Shown: positions 58,701 through 64,000 of the stretch, one piece after another
Layout of the letters: the number at the start of each line of letters is the position of its first letter
Position numbering within the stretch: the first letter of the stretch is position 1
Assembly: GCA_041695225.1 (NCBI GenBank)
Contig: JBGFRI010000003.1
Span: forward strand, 1-64,000
DNA: 64,000 nucleotides
Direction of reading: 5' to 3'
Source: Deinococcota bacterium
Lineage (GTDB): Bacteria > Deinococcota > Deinococci > Deinococcales > Thermaceae
Notes under the pieces: generated by a model
Database searches by the model: none
Seen by the model: the letters and a program-made list of their open reading frames with translations, nothing else
Told to the model about the DNA's origin: nothing
Translations under genes and position numbers: made by a program

Positions 58701-59405
58701 GTTCTCCCTACGCATGTGGGGGTTAACCGCGGGGTAAGCCCTCGGGAAAACGAGCTGGATGGTTCTCCCTACGCATGTGGGGGTTAACCGCGTTGTCACA
58801 ATTTTTTTCTTCTGTTGAGGATCGTTCTCCCTACGCATGTGGGGGTTAACCGTATCGCTAGGACCAGGATACCCAGCACTAGCAGTTCTCCCTACGCATG
58901 TGGGGGTTAACCGGACGCTGGAACCTTCATCTACATCACCAAAGACGTTCTCCCTACGCATGTGGGGGTTAACCGGTAACACTGGCGACACCAGCCGGGA
59001 TCCGTTCCGTTCTCCCTACGCATGTGGGGGTTAACCGCGCTCAACAAAGCAATTTCCGACCTCAATGACCGTTCTCCCTACGCATGTGGGGGTTAACCGC
59101 CCAGCAGGGTAATGGGCTGGCAAAGTCGGTACGTTCTCCCTACGCATGTGGGGGTTAACCAAGCAACAAGAACGCCTTCGGTGCCCGTATCTCGTTCTCC
59201 CTACGCATGTGGGGGTTAACCGTCTAGGAGGAAAAAATGCGACAGGCTCGTTATGTTCTCCCTACGCATGTGGGGGTTAACCAGGATGATTGGGAGTTTT
59301 AGTGAACATACAACGCTCCTCCCTACGCACGTGGGGGTGTACCGTCCGGCCATGCCGCCAGAGGAAATCCTGCACAATTCTCCCTACCCACGTGGGGGCA
59401 AAAAC
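58701..59405 (+). CRISPR. Type I-E CRISPR array 1: 12 repeats, 11 spacers
   Basis: 29-nt repeat GTTCTCCCTACGCATGTGGGGGTTAACC(G/A) x10 (58701-59283) plus two degenerate trailer repeats (~59316, ~59377); spacers 32-33 nt. Confidence 0.98.
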
Positions 59406-59466
59406 CATGCCTTGCGTTACCATGCGTCACACTGATAACGTGGTCTGGTGACGCGGTGACGCATGA

Positions 59467-59580
59467 TTGCCACATCTGTTCGTTTGCGGTAAAATGCAAA
59501 CCAGACCACTTCCTGCATAAGCGGGAGTTACCCATAGTCCAGTTAATTAGAAATATGATCCCCGCTTGCGGGGGAAAACA
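59467..59580 (+). ncRNA. Cryptic mini-CRISPR (CreR-like cas-regulating RNA) with its own promoter
   Basis: TTGCCA-N17-TAAAAT promoter (59467-59495); degenerate repeat 59506-59534 with compensatory stem changes; guide 59535-59555; second hairpin TCCCCGCTTGCGGGGGA. Confidence 0.8.
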
Positions 59581-59621
59581 GACTGGCGGGGTTTTTGTTC
59601 CTACATTTATTTCTAAGTAAC

Positions 59622-59656
59622 TTGACTATCTACAGTCTAAGCAGTACACTCTACCC
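59622..59656 (+). promoter_or_regulatory. cas operon promoter (leaderless cas6)
   Basis: TTGACT-N17-TACACT-N6-ATG. Confidence 0.85.
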
Positions 59657-60247
59657 ATGCACCTCCACCTTAGCCAGTTCAGGGCTCCTCTAAGCCTGGA
59701 CCGCGAGACCATCCATAAAATTTTGGCGGAGAACGATGTTGGCCCAGATCGCATTTTGTTCAGGGTTGAACTACGCTCGAAGCACCAGGTGGTTCTGGTG
59801 CAGAATACCTTAGTCCCATCCTGGACCCCTGCTGCCGGTCTCGACCTGGTAGGCAGTAAACATATTGAGCTGGCCCTGGCCGAAGGAATGCGGCTACGTT
59901 ACTACCTGGTAGCAAACCCCATCCGCAAATCCCGCCCTGTACCAGACGGGAAAATCATCGAGATTCCAGTCCACGGCCAGGCCCTGGAGGACTGGTGGGC
60001 CAGACAGGCCGAGCGCGGCGGCTTCCAGCCTGAGACCACCCAGATCATGGTAGTAGACCCCGCCCGCCGTTATCGAAAAAAGGATGCCTCCAGAATGGGT
60101 ATCCACGAGGTACACTTCACCGGCATTTTGCGTATCGTTGACCTGGACAGGTTTTACCGCTGCCTGGCCGGCGGGATTGGTAAAAACAAGCATCTGGGCT
60201 ATGGGCTATTAAGCGTAGCTAGAATTGTCCCCAGGGGGCAGCCGTGA
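59657..60247 (+). CDS. cas6e: Type I-E Cas6 (CasE/Cse3)
   Basis: RILFRVE, VLVQ, LVANP, FTGIL.I.D, GIGKNKHLGYGLLS Gly-rich loop. Confidence 0.93.
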   Translation: MHLHLSQFRAPLSLDRETIHKILAENDVGPDRILFRVELRSKHQVVLVQNTLVPSWTPAAGLDLVGSKHIELALAEGMRLRYYLVANPIRKSRPVPDGKIIEIPVHGQALEDWWARQAERGGFQPETTQIMVVDPARRYRKKDASRMGIHEVHFTGILRIVDLDRFYRCLAGGIGKNKHLGYGLLSVARIVPRGQP

Positions 60248-61410
60248 ATCTGGTCACCGATCCCTGGATCCCTACCACCGCAGGCAATAAAGGCCTGCAT
60301 GAGGCCCTTACCCGTACCCAGGAGATCCAGGGCCTGACCCACTCGAATCCACTTTATGTAGCGGCCTCCCTGCGTATCCTGCTGGCTATTATCTACCGTG
60401 CTGCTGGTCCCTTTGAGCAGCTCGAGGAACTTCCCCAGGCGGCCATAGAGCACTACCTGGACGACAACCTGGAAAACCTCGAGCTGGGCAACTTTCTCCA
60501 GTGCGACCTCCACGACCTCCCCGGCGAACCCAAGCCCTGGATGGTCATTGCCTTTGACCGGGCCAGCGCCAATACCAAATTGCAATGGGACCATACCCCC
60601 TGGTATGACCCGCCCCCGGTCTCCCAGGCCGAGTGGGCCCGGCTGCTGGCCGCCTTCCAGACCTTCTGCGTCAGCGCCGGGGTCAGCCTTACCGGCTCTA
60701 CCTCCGGTTCACCCCTGGGACGGCAGGTGGTGGGCTGGATCGAGGGAACCAACCTGGAAGAGACCCTGCTGCTCAACCTTCTCCCCTACCCCGAGCCGGA
60801 GGCCGGTAGAGACCGGGCTACCTGGGAGCAGCCCCGCCCCACCCTGGAGGATCTCGAGAACTACCGTATGCGTGAGCCGCTGGGCCGGGTGGAACGGATG
60901 ACCTGGCTGAGCCGGGCCCTGGAGATTGTCTCTGACCGCCGGGTGCTGCTGACCCAGGGCTTCAAAACACAACCAGCCGAACGTGACCTGATGGCTACCA
61001 CCCATGAGCGGCCCTTCCTGGCCCACCCCGGCCAGCCCCCGACCTCACCGTGGTGGGCAGCCCAGCTTTACCAGCGGGGCTTCCCGGCTAAGAGCCGGGC
61101 CCGCGACGGTCTGACCCTGCGGGCGGTAGGACTGATCAACGAGCAGGCCAACATCCAGGGCTGGGTAGATAGCTCACTCAGACTCTCTCCTGAGACTCCG
61201 GCCTGGCTCGAGGCTTTTAACGCCCAGCAGGAACGACTGCGTAACTACGCCTACAAAAACGGCTTGCAGGCTACTAAAGCCGCTTACGAGCTGGCCCTGC
61301 GGATGAGCGATCTCAGTGCAGACCAGCTTGAAGCTGAGGCAGATCGGCTCATCGAGGGGATGCGGCTGCTCATCCCCAGCCACCAGCTCATGGAGGACCG
61401 CGCATGGTAA
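60244..61410 (+). CDS. cas8e: Type I-E Cas8 (CasA/Cse1), short form (388 aa)
   Basis: MNLVTDPWIP, LRILLAIIYRA, FLQ, ARLL, G.NL.ETLLLNL, TW.SR. Confidence 0.9.
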   Translation: MNLVTDPWIPTTAGNKGLHEALTRTQEIQGLTHSNPLYVAASLRILLAIIYRAAGPFEQLEELPQAAIEHYLDDNLENLELGNFLQCDLHDLPGEPKPWMVIAFDRASANTKLQWDHTPWYDPPPVSQAEWARLLAAFQTFCVSAGVSLTGSTSGSPLGRQVVGWIEGTNLEETLLLNLLPYPEPEAGRDRATWEQPRPTLEDLENYRMREPLGRVERMTWLSRALEIVSDRRVLLTQGFKTQPAERDLMATTHERPFLAHPGQPPTSPWWAAQLYQRGFPAKSRARDGLTLRAVGLINEQANIQGWVDSSLRLSPETPAWLEAFNAQQERLRNYAYKNGLQATKAAYELALRMSDLSADQLEAEADRLIEGMRLLIPSHQLMEDRAW

Positions 61411-61844
61411 CACCTGTCGAGCAACGCCTGGTAAGCCGGCTCTACCGGCTTACCCCACCTGAGCGGCATGTCCTGAAGCGACAGGTAGGCCGGCCCGGCC
61501 TGAGCCCAGAGGCTATAGTCCTGCTGAGCATCCTGGGCCAGTATCCCCAGCCCCCGGAGATCGTCAACCGCTGGGCCACTTTATGGTCGCTCTGGCCCAT
61601 TGATAACCCCCAACGCCCCCTTCCGCTGGCCCTGCGCCAGGGCAATACTGCCCGGTCCGAGTTTCAACGCCTGCTGGGTGCAGCCAGTCCCCAGGAAGTC
61701 CTGGCCCGGCTGGAGCATCTCTTCAAAGCAGAGAAAGTGTTGGGAGGGCTGGACTATAACGGCCTGCTCAACGACCTGACCCGGTGGTACGAGCCTGGCC
61801 GCCCGGTCCAGCTAAACTGGGCTCAAACCTGGAGAAATACATGA
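61404..61844 (+). CDS. cas11: Type I-E Cas11 (CasB/Cse2)
   Basis: FQRLLGA, LDYNGLLNDLTRWY...VQLNWAQ; lies between cas8e and cas7. Confidence 0.85.
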   Translation: MVTPVEQRLVSRLYRLTPPERHVLKRQVGRPGLSPEAIVLLSILGQYPQPPEIVNRWATLWSLWPIDNPQRPLPLALRQGNTARSEFQRLLGAASPQEVLARLEHLFKAEKVLGGLDYNGLLNDLTRWYEPGRPVQLNWAQTWRNT

Positions 61845-63145
61845 TCAAACAGAGACTACCCCGTATCGAGATACACGTCATCCAGACCCTGCCCCCTGGC
61901 CGTTACAACAGCGGCGAGAGCGGGGAGCAGAAGACCGCCCGCTTCGGCGGCACCCGGCGCACCCGGATCAGCAGCCAGAGCTGGGGCCGGGCTATGCGGG
62001 AGCGGCTGCGGGAACTGAGCCACCCCACCGCCGAGCAGACCCGCCACCTGGTAGGCTGGATCAACCAGCACCTGCGGCAGCGCGGCATCATGGAAAGCGG
62101 CCTGGCCAGGCTGGTTGTCGGGGCCATCATCGCCACCGAGACCACCACCCGCCAGGGACGCATTGTCTACAAAACCAACACGAACCTCACGCTGATGCCC
62201 TCTGAGGCCCTGGCTCTGGTAGACCTGATCGAGGCCAACCAGGAAGCGCTAAGCAAGCTCCTCGAGCAGGATGTGTCCAGTCGAGGCAAGAGCCGCACTG
62301 AACTGGAAGCCCAGCTCCGCGAGGCAGAAGCAAAATACGGTGAAAAACCGCCTCGGGGTAGCGAGGGCGCTAAAATCCTGGGCAAGCTGCGCCGCATTCT
62401 GGAAGAGATCCAGGCTGAGGCGGAGCCGACCGTCAAGCTGCCCGAGCACCTGATCCAGGCCGTACAAAGCGTCTTCGGCAAAGGACCGATGTCGCTGGAC
62501 GTAGCCCTGTTTGGCCGGATGATGGCCGAGATTCCCACTGCCAAACGCATCGAGGGGGCGCTGGACTACGCCGATGCCCTGAGTGTCCACGCCACTGAGC
62601 CCGAGGTAGACTACTTTATCGCTGCCGATACCTTAAGCCAGGAGTTTGAGCAAGAGGCGAGTAATGCGATGGTAGGCAACACTTCCTTCGAGTCTGGCAC
62701 CACCTTCTACCGGTATCTCAAGCTCGAGACCAGCCGCTTGCGGACCAACCTGGCCGACGGCTACCGCCCGGAGTATGCCGGAGATGTGATCAAAGCTATC
62801 CTGACTGCTCTACCCAGAGCTGGAACCAGCCGCCACGGCAACTTCGGCAGTCCCAACTATGTCCTGGTCAAGATCGGTGACCACACCCCGCTCAACCTGA
62901 TGGGGGCCTTTGAACGCCCAGTTGAACCAGCCCTGGCCGGAGGTATCGTAGACACAGCCATCCAGGCCCTGCTGGCCCACGAGCAGCTGATCCGCCGTAA
63001 GCTGGCCAGCCTGGGCCGCCCGCTGGAAACAGTCGTTCTGGACTTTACCGACCGCCACCCCGCTTTTACTACAGTCGCCGACCTGGACGATCTATCCGAC
63101 CGGGTAGTGCAGACCCTCAAGGCACAGGTTGTCGAGGTGGCCTGA
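61841..63145 (+). CDS. cas7: Type I-E Cas7 (CasC/Cse4) with a helical insertion
   Basis: IEIHVIQ, KTARFGG.RR.RISSQS..RAMR, DVALFGRMMA, DYF.A.D, FYRY. Confidence 0.95.
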   Translation: MIKQRLPRIEIHVIQTLPPGRYNSGESGEQKTARFGGTRRTRISSQSWGRAMRERLRELSHPTAEQTRHLVGWINQHLRQRGIMESGLARLVVGAIIATETTTRQGRIVYKTNTNLTLMPSEALALVDLIEANQEALSKLLEQDVSSRGKSRTELEAQLREAEAKYGEKPPRGSEGAKILGKLRRILEEIQAEAEPTVKLPEHLIQAVQSVFGKGPMSLDVALFGRMMAEIPTAKRIEGALDYADALSVHATEPEVDYFIAADTLSQEFEQEASNAMVGNTSFESGTTFYRYLKLETSRLRTNLADGYRPEYAGDVIKAILTALPRAGTSRHGNFGSPNYVLVKIGDHTPLNLMGAFERPVEPALAGGIVDTAIQALLAHEQLIRRKLASLGRPLETVVLDFTDRHPAFTTVADLDDLSDRVVQTLKAQVVEVA

Positions 63146-63666
63146 TGCCCACGCCTCACCAGGAAGCCACCCTGGTAATCCGCCTGGCCGGCCCCCAGCA
63201 GTCCTGGGGAGTGGCCGGTATTGGCGATGTCCGGCCCAGCGCTACCAGACCGACTAAAAGCGGGGTGGCCGGACTTATTGCTGCCGCCCTGGGCCGCAGC
63301 ACTGAGGAGCCCAGAGATGATCTGATGGCTCTAAGAATGGAGGTTCATGTAGTACGTCCGGGCTATCTGGAGGAAGACTTCCAGGTCACACAGAACATCA
63401 TCCGCACCGATCAGAGCGGGCGTCAGCCCACCGCTATCAGCTGGCGGCAGTACCTGGCAGATGCCGAGTTTCTGGTAGCTTTGACCGGTGACCGGGCACT
63501 CCTCAAGCAAATTGAGGCAGCCCTTCAACGTCCTGTTATCGCGCCATCGCTAGGACGACGCGGATATTTTCCGACCAAGCCTCTACTGGCCGGTAAAGCT
63601 GGTAAGATGTCAGCCGGCATAGCCTTTAACCGTGCTATCGAGGAAGATATTTTTGCCGGGAATTGA
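63145..63666 (+). CDS. cas5: Type I-E Cas5 (CasD), short form (173 aa)
   Basis: LAGPQQSWG, PTKSGVAGLIAAALG, R.YLADA.FLVAL, ALQRP....LGRR. Confidence 0.93.
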   Translation: MPTPHQEATLVIRLAGPQQSWGVAGIGDVRPSATRPTKSGVAGLIAAALGRSTEEPRDDLMALRMEVHVVRPGYLEEDFQVTQNIIRTDQSGRQPTAISWRQYLADAEFLVALTGDRALLKQIEAALQRPVIAPSLGRRGYFPTKPLLAGKAGKMSAGIAFNRAIEEDIFAGN

Positions 63667-63693
63667 GCTGCCTGCTACCCGGTAATCGTGTAC

Positions 63694-63748
63694 CTTGACA
63701 AAGAGACTTCAGGGGGGCTGACAGGGCAATTATGCCGTGTTGGTCAAG
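63694..63748 (+). promoter_or_regulatory. CRISPR leader 2
   Basis: CTTGACAAAGAGACTTCAGGGGGG...TATGCCGTGTTGGTCAAG, a copy of leader 1. Confidence 0.8.
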
Positions 63749-63961
63749 GGTCTCCCTACGGGCGTGGGGGTGTACCGCTGTAAGCGAGCCGGGGCGAACT
63801 ATGGCTAGTCCTCTCCCTACGTGAGTGGGGGTTTACCGACCAGAGCTGCAGCGGTTCATGTCCTGTTTTCGTCTTCCCTACAGGTGTGGGAGTGTACCCG
63901 AGCGCAACCAAGTCTTCAGCTCAGCAGAAGTTCTTCTCCCTACAGATGTGGGGGTTATTAA
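63749..63961 (+). CRISPR. CRISPR array 2: 4 degenerate repeats, 3 spacers
   Basis: Repeats at 63749, 63810, 63871 and 63933 share TCCCTAC-N4-GTGGG(G/A)GT; spacers 32, 32 and 33 nt. Confidence 0.88.
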
Positions 63962-64000
63962 CCCAATCATCCGCGCAAGCCCCTACCTTCAGGTATTTGC

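Noticed and set aside
58914..58946. Spacer 4 shares 13 nt (CGCTGGAACCTTC) with the minor pilin gene near 5730
   Set aside because: Short match with mismatched flanks; not a credible protospacer.
59284..59315. Spacer 10 begins with GGATGATTGGG, matching the minus strand at 63962-63972
   Set aside because: Only 11 nt and no extension; likely chance.
59405..59466. Possible CreT-like RNA toxin (CATGCGTCAC...GTGACGCATG inverted repeat)
   Set aside because: No SD or mini-ORF signature and no second guide target found; may be the array terminator.
59657..63666. Calling the locus a CRISPR-associated transposon or HNH-Cascade
   Set aside because: No tnsB/tnsC/tniQ in the window, and no HNH motif seen on Cas5 or Cas8.

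Overview
GC-rich window that reads as part of a large mobile element (megaplasmid or ICE). The host is probably Deinococcus-Thermus (Thermaceae-like), inferred from the two-OB-fold SSB, the DnaB N-terminus and frequent leaderless genes. Left to right: (i) a HigBA toxin-antitoxin pair and a second HigA-like gene split by a 225-bp TGT...ACA miniature transposon with a 5-bp target duplication; (ii) a ~27-kb type IV pilus/adhesin cluster (pilB, pilT, pilM-N fusion, pilO, pilQ, pilC, pilins, a 1626-aa pilin-adhesin), interrupted by dnaB and ending in an orphan Cas11/Cse2 homolog with a C-terminal transmembrane helix; (iii) a phage-like replication module (initiator with internal iteron-like repeats plus DnaC-like loader); (iv) a cassette-like cargo region (SNase, DnaQ-like exonuclease, AAA/vWA, UvrD, RNase H, HD, GGDEF-EAL, SSB, SLT, NlpC/P60, ArdC) with three TnpB-type IS elements; (v) a type I-E Cascade-only locus (cas6-cas8-cas11-cas7-cas5; no cas3/cas1/cas2 in the window) between two arrays. 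Fifteen gene starts, mostly in the cargo region, share an exact TAnnnT-N7-GATAGG promoter architecture. A cryptic mini-CRISPR upstream of cas6 has a 21-nt guide matching the cas operon -35 box with mismatches only at positions 6 and 12. All family calls come from reading motifs by eye; no database searches were run.
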